From assembly GCA_013239625.1 (NCBI GenBank), contig MU053810.1:5178071-5242070 (forward strand): DNA of 64,000 nucleotides, given 5' to 3'. The notes beneath the pieces were generated by a model. It was not told the DNA's origin, did not search any database, and worked only from the letters and a program-made list of their open reading frames with translations. Both the position numbers and the translations under genes were made by a program. Within the stretch, counting starts at the first letter, position 1. Each line of letters begins with the position of its first letter. Positions 22,164 through 36,952 of the stretch are shown one piece after another. The stretch comes from Lama guanicoe (taxonomy: Eukaryota).

Positions 22164-25100
22164 GAAAACACTAAGAACCACTTTGAACAGAAGAAGGTAA
22201 AAAAAATGTTTAAACAACAGCAGTAATCTCCGTGGTACTCTTTTAAGGCACAAAGATTAACACGGGTTAATGTTTAAATCACTCAGTTTTATTTCAGATT
22301 AAACTAGGCTTGCTTGCACTCATGGCAACATTATAGTTATAGATTAAAGTAACCATATACCCAGCAATAGGTTTTCTTTTGAAGCCATGTAAAAATATTG
22401 TTTTGGGCATCCTTGGCCGCACATGCCCCAGATTTGCATTGCATGTTGTAGTATATCATTTTCTTTAAAATTAGAGATCTTCTATGTTCTCAATCTATTT
22501 TGTTTGGTTTGCAGCATTTATCACCTCTTGTTCACACTGAGTCCTTCACTTTCTTTGTGTGCTGCTGGTCTTTTCACCTGCCATTTTTGTCAGTTTATAA
22601 CTTTCTTTTTAAATGACTTTACTGCCATTTTAATGGTCCCCAAAAGCAATTCAGTGATGTGACCTGGGTATTGTTTCTGGTGCCAACTTCTAAAGTGTAT
22701 TCTCTGGTTTGCTGGAGATTCTTTGGTCCACTTATTATCCTTTTAATAAATTTATGTTAAGCTTAAGCTTGTTAAGAGTGATTTATTTTATTTGCGATTA
22801 ACCACGCTGCTAATACAGTGCTAAACGATGATTTTAGGTAAAACTAGTGATATTGGCACCTAGTGATACAGAGTAGTTAAACATTTTTAAATTGTTCCAT
22901 GAGACGGAAGTATTTTAGCAAACAAAAATATGTAGTCAAATAACTTTAGGAAATGTCACATTCTATGTCTCCTTTTTAAAGATTTGGAGTACATAGTAGC
23001 ATGTTAGACCTGCTTTAAGGAAACTTGTTTAACCTTTGCTTAACCCTTTATTCCCAAACGTATTTGTCACCTGAAAGAAAACTTGTAAATATGTTGCAGG
23101 ACACACTTCAGAAATGTTGGAATAAATACAGACTGGAGAATTTGGAGAGGTTTATTGGGTCCTCAAGTAGTTCCTCTACACCATTTTTTTAAAAATCAAG
23201 AAACAATCCAACCTATTTGAGAGTCAAATGAAAATCAGAAAATTTGTAGGGTTGCAGCCTCAGTGGGGCTTAGAAATGTGAGGGCTGAAATACATTTAAT
23301 AATACATATGCATGTGTGTGTGTGTCTATATTTATATGTCTATATCTATTTGTGTATATATATACATACATATGAACTTAAATGAGCAATTATTCAATTA
23401 AAGAAGTTAGAAAGAAGAACTAATAAGCCTCCCCTCCAAAGATTTAAGAGTTAAGGAAAATATCGCCAATATTCACGACTGAATCACATTCCTTCGTCAG
23501 TCATAGCCATAGTTTGACTATGGATGTAAGAGAGTTAGGCAAAAATCAATTACAGCATCCTGTGAAAATTGATTCATTACATGCAATTACTGGGAAGAGT
23601 ATTGTATATTTTATTATCATTTGTAATTTTGTGTTATACATTGTTTAATCATAGAGGTCATAATGAACTTATGTATACGCACACACACACACACACACTT
23701 TTTTCAGAGAACCATTTACTACTACCACACTGAATATATAACAAACACATGGGATTATCTTTCTAAAATCTCAGAATTTCAGAGTTTCAAAACATGTTTA
23801 ACCCAGGGGTTTTGGATGAAGGATTGTTAACCTGTTCATCTTAGCACAACACAGTTTCTTAATCTAACAGAAAATATGTGCAAGAAGATAGCATTTCTAC
23901 TGGGTCAACTGACCTGGTTAAAATAAGTCAACATCCTGGTTTAGTGAAACTTGAGATTATTCATATTTGTTTTGAATTTATAAGGCTCAAGTCAAGTAGT
24001 AGAAGTTTTCAGAAAATAATTTTACTTGCCCTTGATATCACCTTTTTTCTGGGGCTAGCTCTCTGAGATTTTAAATATAATTGGTTGACATAATATTTAA
24101 ACAACTGCCAAATCAACATGGATCATTACCCAAAAATACATCACTTCTTGTAAATTCCACATCTGTGTAGGGTTGTTGTCTATTAAAGTAATGTAACTTA
24201 ATCCTAAAAGATCCTAATTGCTTATTTATTCACAATATCCTGTGTATTTTCCAGGAAGAGTCATCAGGTCAAAAGGTACCCTTTTTTTCCCTTCAGTGTT
24301 ATAGCCTACTTGAAGAAATACAGAACATCTTTTTCTTAAGAGTTGAGTATAACAATATTTAACTGGCAGCAAAAAGAAGGAAAATATTAGTTTAAATCGG
24401 GTCAGGAGCATAAAATTTTTACTGGCCCAAAGTCATACCGAAATGAAATTTTAGGGAGAAAACAATCAAAGCTAAAATATCCTTTGAAATATGCAGGTCA
24501 TTCTTGTCAAAGAGGAAAAAACACATGTAGGAGCTTTATAACTCTGAAAATGATTACACGTATATTATCTGATTCTTCCAAGACCTCGGAAAGGGAGATG
24601 GTGCCTTGATGTGGTCACCAGAGTGAGCAGTCCAGAAAATAAATTTTGTTCATGTACACAAAGTTGATCAGATTTAGAGATTTTTAACTTCTGCTAATCA
24701 CACTTACAAGTTACTATACAAACTGAAATGTAAATTTATTGATTTATAATGGTTAATATATTTTTCCAGTGACCACAGATTTGGTCTTCTACACCCAAGA
24801 CTCTCCAATCCTCATGTGAAGATGTCTAAGAAATAATCAGTAGTTTATTTGGCAAACCAAAGAGAGAAGCAGAGTTTTCAGGGATATTTTATTCACATAT
24901 TACTTTATATAATTTCTATGGGTACGGTTACTAATACTGTCTTAAATTTTGAAAGAACTCAGAACAGTGTTGTTTTTTATTTTTCCAGTAGTAGTTTTAT
25001 TTTCTGAGAATGTGCATTCAGGAAGAATCCTGCAATCCTAGTAGGTTGATTTCTGAAGTGAATGCCATTTTCTGACACTGGAATAGAATGGGACAGTATG

Positions 25101-27524
25101 ATTTTAAATGCACACTTTTGTTTCAAACTATATTTTTTTAATAGTTCCTGAATGCATCCTTTTTTGTTGTTGTTGAGGGTAAAAGCATTAAGAGAAAAAA
25201 AAACTGCAAGAGGTTGTGGAGCATCCTTAAACAGTGCTATGGAGAAGGGTTTATTAATTATTATGATTCAATCTGTCTGTTTTCTTCACAGGGAAAGTGA
25301 GAAATCTCCTCATGGTACAATCAGAATGATGCTAGAAGCCATTATCTTTGCAAAGCCAAAATCATCCATTAAAAGCTTAAGTACATTGTATCAAGTCCAG
25401 AATTAATCTTACTGATAAAAAAGAGGGATTCAGGATCACTAGTATCATGGGCTTTTTGATGAAAGCGTATGTCAATCATTAGAAGTATCACCTCCATATC
25501 CCGGTGTGGTTAGTAAGCTCTAGTTCCCTAAGTTAAAGGTTTTCTTGCATCTTACAATCTTTATAATTTCCCGTATGCTTTAGAGAGACAGTTCTGGACC
25601 TGGATCACCTGTAGCCTGACCCTGGTTCCAACACCAGCTTAAGACCCTGAGAAAGTTATTAAATCTTCCTGTGCGTCAGCTTCTCAGCTACAACATACGG
25701 ATAAAAATACCTGCCTGGTTGGGCTGTGAGGACAACATGAGATAGTGCATACAAAGCACCACAACACTTTGCTTTCTCCAAAAATATGACCCTTCCGAAG
25801 GATGAGCCTAAAATAATTTTGTTCCATAAAACTGAAATCTCACTATACCTTTTCTTAAATAGGTTTACTTTTTAAAACCAAACTATTGTGTTGTATTCTA
25901 GGCAAAATGTTTATTTACTGAAATGCCCAAGGGTCTTTAGTAAATGGTTACTGTACTTAAAAGTAAGTCCCATATGTTAGTTTCAATATCCTAGAAATTC
26001 ACATTTAAATAGAAGCTATTTCATTTAGGTGGAAAAAAAATGACAATTTGTCATTTGCAACTTTGGGCCAAACCAGTAGACTCTCACTTTGCTTTTCGCC
26101 AACTAAAATTAGTTTTTGGCAACAAGAATCGGGGTTATTGACTCTGAAGCTGCTGGCTGTATAAGTTTTTATCTATCCAAATTCTTACATTTCAGGGAAC
26201 AGAAAAACCCAATTTTTCCTCTTATAAGCTTAATCCAATGTAAACACAAACTTTCCAAGTTTGTTCAGGGATGCTAACTCCTTTCTTGTTCAATGTTTCC
26301 ATGATGAAGCTCTTCTTGGATGTTAGCGAGCAGGACTAAACCTCAGGAGCATGTGAGGCCACTGAAAAGTGCTTCATTGTCTTTCAGTCTTTCTGGGCCA
26401 CTCAGTATTTGATTATCCAGACTAATTGTGGGCAAGAAAAGCATGAATAATCAAATTGTACAGACAAGCTCTTGTACCTTATTTTGGCCGACGACTTCAC
26501 CCTCTTCTCAAACCTTTTTTCCAGAAGAGCTAACAAGGAAAGTAGAAGCTTTGTTTCCTGTGTCCACTCAACTTCCTCTGTCTTTTCAAAGAAGTATTGA
26601 CAAATGACAAGCTGTCCCCCTCCCAGTGTCCCCTTCCTTCTGCCATAAAGTAGTGCTATCAGCAATATGTCTAGGTAATAATTCCTTGCCTGTTCTAGAA
26701 CTTTCTGCTATAAAAAGGAAAGCAGAACTTGAGCTTGAACTTGGCTTCTGGTTCTTCTTTTTCTTGATCATTTCCCAACAATCTTAAAGGCTATTTTCCT
26801 CCTTCTTCCCATTCCAGGATTTCTGGCTCCTCAGAAGTAATAATGGAAATAAACATTTAGCAGATGGTCCCTGCAGCTTCCCTGACATACACACTTAAGC
26901 ACAAAAGGAAAGCGTGTATAATAAAGTTGATTAGATCTTGCTTTTATTTTATTTCTCACAGAATATTCTCCTGGTCACATTTGTTTGTTTGTTTCTGCTT
27001 TTTATTTCCATGGTCCCTTACACACAATTTCTGAATCATTCTCAAGGTCAAGACCCTGTACCTCCTTTAGCCCCATCTCAGCACCAGAGAGAAACATGGA
27101 CCCTAGTGTCAGCACTAATGGCTTCGCCACCACAAGTCTGCAGAGGATCTGTGGGGACTGTTCCCACATCTGCATCTGGTTCTCTCATGAAACTGGAGGT
27201 CACAGGGTGGAAGTTAGTCAAGGAAATATCAGCAACAAGAGGAGGAAAGAAAGAACTGAGAGACTGTACTAAGGGCTTTTCACTAAGGGAGAAAAATCCT
27301 AGAGTTAGAGGGACAGAAAATACTCCTGGGTGAAGTGGTCTGTATGTTCCTATTCCCACAAAACTTTGCTGGGTCCTTTCCTGAAAGTTCAGGAGAGATC
27401 ACTAAACTGTTGAAGCGAACAGGGCAGAAGCAGGGGTCTTGAGGAGCTGAGGACAAACCCAGCTCACCATTCTGTTTAACACCTACCCTGGTGATGCTCT
27501 GAAATGACTCTGTGATTCACTGTT

Positions 27525-27556
27525 GTGACACCTAGTGGCTGAAAGCCATATCTGCA
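27525..27556 (-). promoter_or_regulatory. Candidate CTCF site with upstream module
   Basis: Minus strand TGCAG-ATATGGCTTTC-AGCCACTAGGTGTCAC: core motif plus TGCAG upstream element at roughly canonical spacing. Confidence 0.5.
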
Positions 27557-29452
27557 TCAGGCACATACATATTTACAAAATGTTATTTGTGATTTTTAAA
27601 AATGGAAAAAAATAAAACTTACATTGAGCTGCAAGTTCACAGTTTAATCACCCAAGAACAGAGCAGAAAGCCAGTTGTCTTTATAATGGATTTGAAAGCT
27701 ACCTTCCTTAGAATTCTCAGATAGGATGTGCAGAGATATTAAATCCTGGCAAGGTCCTTGACTACACGATATCTGTCATAGGGGCTAATGAAATAAGTGA
27801 GAAACTGTTCCCTTAGTTGAACAATCTGATAAGAGAAAGGAAACAAAAAGTTAACCTAAATCAAGCCTTCTCATCTGTAAAGTAAGACGCAAGTAGGTTA
27901 AATAAAGGCTAAGTCCTGTAGGTCACGACAGTAGATGACCTCACTTGGGCCTTTCAAATGTTTCCTTCTTTGTATCTCGTTGCTTTAAGTACTAAATATT
28001 CTTGTATGTTGTGGGACAATGCACAACAGTGAGTGGACATTTTAAAATCCTCAGGCACATTCACCTAGTGAATACATTTATACTCCTCATGGGTTCAATA
28101 ACTGGAGAAAATAAAGTGGGAGGAATCCCATTTTCAATTAGGTGCCAATTGTCTACCATCTTCCACTCTCAATGGTAGGTAGCAGCTACCTCACTAAAAT
28201 TCGGTGACTTAAGGTTCATAGGACAATAATAATGAATATTAACAATATTATCTGGCTTTCTTTACTGTGCCACAATTTATTTAGCCAATTTTCTTTTGTT
28301 GGACACTCGGTTGAAAATATTTTGACTGTTGCAAATAACCCTTCAGTGAGCATCCATGCACATAACCCTCTGTATCCAGCACTGACACTTTGTTTTTAGA
28401 ATTATAATGAAATATTTGAAAGGTATAAATCATTAAAAGAAACCTCAGGTACCCACAATTCAGGTTAAGAATTTGATCTTTATGGATATAGTCGGAGCCC
28501 CCATGCATTCTTCTCCATTCCATCTCCTTTCTTATTCCAATGGTCATTTTATCCTGATGTCAATGTGTATTATTCTTCCTCATTCCTTTATACTTTCACT
28601 ACCTGGTGTGTATTTCTAAGCTGCACATATATTATCTACTTAATGTGACTTTCTCTGATTGCAGATGTAATGCATGCTCATTGTGAAAAGGTTGCAAATA
28701 CAGCAAAATATAAACAGAAGTACAACTAAAACTACAAATAAAATTATTGCCCCAAACACATTATGAAATACTGACCATCTGTTAGTATTTTGATCTATTT
28801 TGCACTTATTATTACATACTTTATAAAATCAATTGGGTTCAGAACAATTGCTTTAAAGTGAAGGGGGCTGTTTCATTTACCAGGTGCTTTTGTTTCCCAT
28901 GTTCCTCAGTTTCCCCTGCATCCCTGTCAGGTAGGTGATGTATTTGTATGTCCATTTTAGAGATGAGGAACAAAGGTCCTGTGAGATGAGTCACTATCTC
29001 AAGATCTCCCAGCTCTCAAGTGAAGGAACCAGAACTCACATCTGGATCTTTGGATTCCAATTCCCGAAATTTCTCTGTTAAAATATCCTGTCACCACCGT
29101 TGTCCCTCATTGAAATCTCCGAGTATCAACGATGGCTCTTCTTCTCAGTTCATCTCCTTGCCCTTCTGTGACCTCTTTTCAATTTAAGTGCCAACTTCCA
29201 TCGTTATTTTAAGTTGATTTTGCCTATGTGCAAGGCTTGAGTGGGGAGGAGGAAAACAGTGTAATGTGCGTTAGAGGCCACATCTCAAGGAAATGGTCCT
29301 GGTTCACAGCTGTTACTGCCATCAGCCACGGCCTTATTCTGAGGAACGGCACAGGTTTCACCTGCTGTTGTCAGAAAGGTCCACGCTTCCAAAATGTGCT
29401 TAAATTGCTCTCATGTAATAGAATCTGTCTGCATGGACATGAGCTTCAGGGG

Positions 29453-29897
29453 GCAAACAAACTGGCTGGAAAAAAGGGGGGGTCGGGTTTCCATTAAGAT
29501 AACTCGAGATTTGGTCTAAATTGGAATAACAGTCAGAAGATTCCACAGACATACTGGTGATCCAAAAATTATCTTTTGGGGGGTAGATTTTATCATATTC
29601 CTTTACGAATAGCTGGTAAAAGGGCACAGAGAAGCTCTTTTATGTATCTATTCAGCTGCTCTTTTTTTTTTTTTAAGCAAACAAACTGGCTGAAAAAAAA
29701 GGGGGGGGGGCGGGTTTCCATTAAGATAACTCTAGATTTGGTCTAAATTGGAATAACAGAAGATTCCACAGACATACTGGTGACCCAAAAATTATCTTTT
29801 GGGGGGTAGATTTTATTATATTCCTTTATGAATAGCTGGTAAAAGGGCACAGAGAAGCTCTTTTACGTATCTATTCAGCTGCTCTTTTTTTTTTTTT
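29453..29897. repeat. 224-bp tandem duplication (2 copies)
   Basis: Copies start GCAAACAAACTGGCTG at 29453 and 29677, and both end in a poly(T) run. They differ by a few substitutions and a 4-bp indel. Confidence 0.95.
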
Positions 29898-32800
29898 CGC
29901 TTTCACCGAAGACGTCTCAAAATACTGTGATTCATCCATCTATTCCCGCAGCACTGCCAACCTTCTTTACTATTGGAAACTCAGGTCACCAGCTAAAGCA
30001 TCTCCAGCACGTCAGGTGTGAAGACGACCCTGGAAGTTCTCACGGAGCAGTTATTTTCTGGTGATTCCGGTGATGTCAGGTTTATTACACTGCTTGTACA
30101 CAGGAGTGGGTAAGGCTGTTGTATCATCATCCACCGCCATCACTGCCACTGTAGCACAGGTCGTGCAGCACAGGGTGACTGCCGTATTCCTGGCACTGTC
30201 TCTAGGCTCCTTTGAGGACATTGTCATCTCCATTTTACAAATGCGGAAGCTGAGGCTCAGGGCAGGTTAGCGGCTAGCCTGAGCTCACCTTAGTAAGAGA
30301 CAGAGTCAGACCAGGAATGCAGGTCTGTCTGAAATCCAGGCCTGAGCTCGGCAAAGCTCGGTACCTTTGTGAAGTGCTAGTAAGCAAACTGTCACGTGAG
30401 CCTGGGGAAGAGTCATTCATTTAGGGGAAATTAGGGGTTTGAGGAATGCCTTGAAAAGATAGAACTTCTTTGGGTATCACTATGGAGTAGTTCCCATAAA
30501 GCCAACATTATAAATGTTAAGTCTAGAGCAGGGAGGGTGTGTCGCTGGTGGGAGGGGCTACTGCCAACCCCTCACCAGTCCTCTGTCATTCAGTTTGAAA
30601 TGGAGCAGGGACTGGTTCTCACCTTTGACCTAATCCCATCCTGATTAGAAATCAGAGAGCTGACTAATGACATCGAGGGCAGCCAGCAGGAAAGAAAGCT
30701 GTGGCTGGCAGGTTGGGGGAAGTGGGAGGCACATGGCAGGGACCACAAGGCTCATATGCAAACCATCTGCTCCAAGAAGCCCCTGCCCATGGTCTCCCTA
30801 TGTCCATGCTTCAACTACCGATTTCCCTTTTGTAGCTTATGTTTCTATTTAAGAGGACACCTGATTGATGTTCATTTGGCCCTGGTATCTGTACGTAGTA
30901 TAAAGAAAAACATATACACCAAACATCATGGCAGCTTTCAACCTCTCCATGAGGCAGGAGGCTTGTCTATTTTATTCACTGCTGCATCTCCAGGGCCTAG
31001 ACGAGAGCCAGGCACATAACGCTTGGCCAAGTGTCAATGAACACTTACTGCATGAAGCTCCATTTTGGTGGGGCTGGAAGGATGTGCTGCCTAGTGTTGA
31101 CATAAGAAGAGGTGGGGAAAAAAATCCAGGATGAATTAGAGGTGTCTCCCCACTTTGCCCAGGGCAGCCTGGTATGAATTTTGCAGGTCTGGGAGTGATA
31201 AAACCCTGTTACCAATAGCTGGTTGTCCCAGGTGGGTGAGAGTCTACTATACACAACCCTTTAATCTGCCTGGGCCTCTCTGCTTCCTGAAGGTGGGCCG
31301 CCCGGGAAGCCTGGGAAGCCAACCTGTCTGTCCAAGGAGAAGCCAAAGGACTGGAATGCTACTGAGTTTAAGCCAAAGTGATACCAAGAAGAGAATGTAA
31401 GGTGACTCAGAGTCCAAAACTGCCTTGTGCAAACAGACCGGGTGCCAGTCTGCCAGGTAGGTTGGCCCGGCTGGGAAAGACTCCGGATGAGGAATGCTGG
31501 TCCCTACTCTCAATACACACTCCAACCAAGGGCCAAGTCAACCTCCGCCTGAAATCGGTCCAGGCTGCTCTGATTGCTCAGAGAGATCATCAGCAGAAAC
31601 ACAGCGCTCATCCTCAACAAGTAGTCCACTGAGGAAAAATGATACTTGAATGCCTCAGAACTGAATGAGCTGAAGAAGCCATTACCCAGTCCCCATCTGC
31701 TCCCCACGTGCACAGACCCAGGCGCCAAAAACATGGTACCTGTTTCCCAGAAGGAACTTCCCAGTTTTTGCGGGCTTAAGTCATAAAACTTCAATTGTGG
31801 TTGAGTTTGAACCGAATGGTAGGCAGTTCACTGTGCCGAATAGACAGACCCCCAGTGGTACAGGGATGGAATGCAATGATCAGTCTCTGTGTTTCTTTCA
31901 ATGAGACAAGAGGTCTCTCAGGTCCGCTGATAGGCTAGCTGCCGAGAAGCCAAATCTTTGAGCACGAGGTCAGTCTTACTCGGGGAGCCACTTCCAGCCA
32001 CCTGCTCTGTCTTCATGCTCCATGGCCACCAAGTTCCCCGGGGGAAGCTCAAAGGTGCCAGAATGTGGGGCAAGACCCTGAGCTTGTTTGCAGCTGTGTG
32101 GTTGGTGGCCGCCAGACCTTCCCACCCCATCCCAGGGTCAGCATTGACCATGACGTCAGGAGGGGCGACTCCCTCTGACCCTTTCTGCTTCCTCTGTACC
32201 TGGGCCCTGCAAGGGGAAGGAACAGGGCAGCAGACTGCAGGGTAGAACCTTCCCAGTGGGAACCAGCACTGTTCCTCCTGACAGTGTCTCACTGTCTGGC
32301 TGAGTCTCGTGTTCCCCACACATCTCCAATTTCGCTGCAGAGAGGAAAAAGCTCTGGTGATCTGTGAGCTTTGGGTAAACTCTTTTGGGGGGTGGGTGGG
32401 GCTATGGCTCAGATGGGTCTCAAACCAAAAGGTAAAACCTGCAAGTTTCTCTCCCGATTCTCCAACAACCTTGGCACCCAGGTAGCCGTCTGAGAGCTAG
32501 TCCCTCGGCCCCCACGATCTTTTCCTGTCTTCCTGTCTCCGCTGCAGGAGAAAGTGAATAAGACGCAGTGAAGTGAATTCACACTGCTGGATTATAAATG
32601 AGCTTTTCACTGCCGCGTTCCCAATATCGAGAATAGGGTCTGGCACATGATAGCTGCTCAATAAATTTTTGCTGAGTAAGACTGCAAAAGCGTGATGTTC
32701 CGAGCGATGCGTCAGCTCTCTGGGGGACAGAGGAGTAATGTAACAATCACTACCACTTGTGAGCAAAACCAAGTACTGCCTGCTGTTAACTACAGCTTAC

Positions 32801-35800
32801 AAGTCACCGTTACACACTCAGAAGGCAGTCCCAGGGTCTCCTGGTTGACTTGCTTTTGCACAAAAAGAACCTCACAGGCAACACTATTTCCAGAAACCCC
32901 TTATCGTCTCACTCCGCACACCTGATCACTCTCCTCTGGCACAGACAGGTCTTTCTTCTGTTCCCTCAAATTGCTGCCAAGGGTCCTTTGTGAAGGAACA
33001 GAAAAGTTAAGTAAGACTTTTTCTTTTCTTTAATTGACTATTCTGGAATGTTTGAGGAAAACCTTGGGCTTTTATAGCCACTCCCTGTCTGGGAAGTCTC
33101 AGGTCAGCCAGCCTCTGGCAGATTTTTTTCCTTCTGTTTTTTTTCCCTCCATATGTCCCCCCTGGGTGTGTAGCCCTGTTTCCTGAGGCAGGAATTTGTC
33201 TGCGCGAGAGGTCGGGGGTGGATGGCCCCTCCGGAGCCAGCTTTGTGACAGCTGGTGACACAGCGGGCCTGGCCTCTTCTGTTCCTCATGGTTGACACTT
33301 GGTCCAGAGCAACGTGTTGATAACGGTGCCCACCCTCATCAGGCCTCTCGCACGACTGGGCACAGGAGACAGGCAGTGACTCACATCGCGGCGGGAGACA
33401 GCCCGGCCACCTGGGCTGCAGGATAGCGACGTGACTGGAGGGGCTGGGAGAGGAAGCCGCCTGTCTCCCCAGTCCCCCAGGGTCTCCACCATCTCCCCCC
33501 TCCCAGGCTCTCTCTGGAACCAGACTCCAGCCCACGGGAGGTGTGTCTTCCTCTGTAGTTGGCTTGTTCCTCCCTCCTCTGCGCTTCTGCCTGCCATTCC
33601 CTCTGCCCCCCATGCTCTTCCTGCACGTCTATATTGGTTTGCTCTTACTTGTGCTTCCAAGCCCCATCAAACGTTTTCTCTCTTTGGAAAGCTGCCTCTG
33701 CTCTCCTTGGCGACTGGGAAGCCCTCTGTGCAAATCCAGTCTGTAAGGCAAGTGTTAGATTGTGTCACAGCTTGTGTGTATCAGTTTCAGCAGATAAGGA
33801 TTACCTGAGGGCATCTTTGGATCCACTTCTCCAACCAGGGGCTGATACAGAACAAACACTAAGTGTTCGTGGGCTGACTGCGGAAGGAAGCAGATGCACT
33901 GCGCCAGGGACGTGCGACACTGGCTTCGTAGGCAGATGATTTGGGTCCAAAATCTGTAGTTCTGAAGAGTCTGACGTCCTCAGGCCCCCTAGAGTGAAGA
34001 GAAGGCCCCATCTCTTCACTCTACCCAGAAGGATCATTGCCACGTATCTGTGGTAGGAGGGGTCCTCTCACTGACTCCCAAGCACAGGGATTGCTATTTG
34101 AAGGTTAGGGCATTAGCAAATCTCCTTGGCCGTCATGTCTGCGTGTGTCAATAAGAATTTATAAACCACCTACTCAGTGCTCAGCTTTACAATAAATGAT
34201 GTGGAGGCTCCCAAAGAGGAGGAAGATATACCCTCTACTCCTGTGGACCTTAAAACCTAGTCTGAAATACCGTGTGGCTGAAATGAGAACCTGTCCATCA
34301 GCATTGGCTCACCCCTGGTTGCTCAGGAGAATCATTAAATGTTTTTAAATAAAGAAAATCCTGCTTCCCATTTCCCTGGATCTTCCTATATAAAGTTGTT
34401 CACGTTAGAAACAGCTTGACTGAAAATCAGCAGTTGTGTTTAAGAGGACCTGCTCTTGAATTTCAGCTCAAGGTGTTGGTTCACCAGGCAAGGTGATGGT
34501 TTGGGCAGGTGGGAAGGAAGAGATGGAGGCAGAGAATGATCAAGAGATGCTTGGAGTAGTTTGGCAGGAGATCACAGAGGCCAGAGGAGGTTGCCACAGT
34601 GAGAATAAAACAGAAGGCGGGGCGGGGGGGCAACACAGCTGTTCCCAACTTCTCCAAAGACCATGTGTAACTCCTGAAGGAGGAGGGAGGCTGCAATTGT
34701 CCCAGGATAAAGTGAGGGTATCCACAGAAATGGAACCCCAAGCAAAGAAGGGATTTTTCTACCACTGAAGGCCAACGTTCTATTTGAAAGTGTATGTGCT
34801 CAGATTCTGTTTAGACCTTATTTGGCAATACTCAGTTTGTTGCATGCTAAGTTGCATTGACATATTGCTTATGCTTCATGGTTTTGGTGATTATCTCCAG
34901 GCAACCAAAAAATGGAGTTATCATTTCCCAGAATTATTGAATCATTAATAGTAATATTAAATAGTGTTTATTATCATTAATTTAATTATCATCATTTCTG
35001 GTCTTGAGTTATCCTACTGGGCCTGCATCCAACAACAACAAAGGATTGCATTTCTAAACAAGAATTTGTATTTTAAAATATTGTTATTGCTTTTAAAAAG
35101 AATAATAGTCACCCAACCTTGGCCAGACCTTACCAGAAATAAGGAAATCAGAGTTGTTTATGCCACTGTTGGACATTCCAAAGGGCAGACAATTCTGTCT
35201 TTATTTTGAGCTAAACTCTGATTTGAAATGAGATGAAATTATAGAACAAGTGTTTACTTTATTGTGATATTTTTGCCCTCTAAGCTATTTCTGTCTTAGG
35301 CTGGACTCATAGATACACAGTATTTTAGGAAAGGGGGGAGGTCCGTGTCCTCCTGAAATTACAGAGTGGGGCACACTGGCAGCCCTGCCTGGGTGGCCGG
35401 CTGCAGGGGTCCCTGGGTTTATTTATTTAGCCCAGAATAAGCCCCCTATCCCCAAGCAGAGCCCAGCCATCATGCCTGTATATCAAGGCCAGCCAGGTGG
35501 AGACACAATGCTGTCAGAGCCTTTGTTTCAGATCCTGCTCTCAATGCTCGGGTGTGTCCGCCTGTCTGTGCCTTGACTTCACGTCAGCACCGCCCAGTGA
35601 TGGAAAAGGCATGTGGGATAATGGTCATGTTTGTAGAGCCAGGGTGTGTCACAAGGACTTTCAGACAAAGGGGTCCAGAGGCTCACACATTCCTAACTCA
35701 TCTTCTGCACACCCGTTCAGGAAAAGGAAATGACTGGGGCCACGTCACTCAGAACGTGTCTCTGCTCATCTTTGGGGCCACCACCTCCAACACACGCATG

Positions 35801-36599
35801 CAAAGGGACACTCTTCTCTCTTGTTTTCAGTAGCAAGCCCTAACTAGGGGTTACATTGTCTCTGTGTTGATTTAGTTTAAAATATTTTGGTATAATCTTC
35901 ATCCTGAGAGTAGTGAGTGAGCATCTGAAGTGTCTAATCAGTCATCGACATGCCAAAGGTGGTTGGTTAGCATTTGAAATACCCTAACCAGGGATCCACC
36001 CTTCAGAGGGGGGTTACCTAGCACTTCAAGTATCATCACTGAAATCAGCACCACAAAGGGTGTCTTCATTAGCATAATGGATGTCAGGTGTAAAATTTTC
36101 ATTGGTGGAATGGATGGTATTCAAGTCATGCAAACTGGCAACGCCAAGTCCCAAATAAAATAAAGATAAACAAACTAAAGCCTCCACGTGTAAATACACT
36201 TGTTTTTTTCTGTCCTGTGTTTGATCCTTCCAAGAGGTTTCATAGTTGTGGGATTAAATTCAAAATATGGAATTTAGCAATTCTGTATCGCTGGCTGCAG
36301 CCCACCTCTGCACATCAGCCACCCTCACTTCCGCACACACTGGTTTTGCTTCAGATGCACAGTCCCACCTTCGTGGCTCATGCGGGCAGGCTATTTTCCT
36401 TCTTAAAACCTTCTCATGCGCTGCCTTCTCAGCTGGAACTCTCTCCTTGATAGAGAGCTCTGCTACTTGCCATGTGAACTTGCTTGAGGCACTTACTATT
36501 TCCAAGCCTCCACTTACTCCTCTCTAAAGTGGGGGGGGGGTAAAATCACTCTCTACTGTATTACTAAGGATTAATGAGATGGTCTATAAGGGTTTAGCT

Positions 36600-36952
36600 C
36601 AGTGCCTGGCATATGGAAAATGGGATCACTGTGGTTTTTTGAATTGTCACCTAGCTAACTCCAACTTGATCATCAAATCTCATCTCAAGTGTCTTCTTTA
36701 CTAGAGAGTTTCTCCAGTCACCCTCCCACCCTCAAACCAAGATAATGTGTCCCCGCTTTAAGCTTTCCCAAAGTCTGGCCAACCTGTGTGGAAGTACATA
36801 CCATACTACATAGCGCATTTCTTTTTATGTGTTTATCTCCACTTAGAAACCATTGGCTACATAAGGGTAGGAACAATGTCCCCCACCTCTTCTTTTGTCC
36901 CCAGTGCCTAGTATAAAATACTCAATGAATATTTAATGAATGAATGAATGAG
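36600..36952 (+). mobile_element. L2 3' fragment
   Basis: Ends ...cccagtgcctagta...tactcaatgaatatttaatgaatgaatgaatg, a typical L2 3' tail. Confidence 0.6.

Noticed and set aside
23507..23523. Small hairpin CCATAGT-TTG-ACTATGG
   Set aside because: A 7-bp stem is expected by chance in 64 kb.
26402..27359. Cluster of 60-130 aa ORFs as a possible processed pseudogene
   Set aside because: No recognisable homology, poly(A) tail or TSD by eye.
33007..34043. Dense overlapping ORFs up to 169 aa
   Set aside because: Explained by locally high GC. No domain motifs or consistent splice structure.
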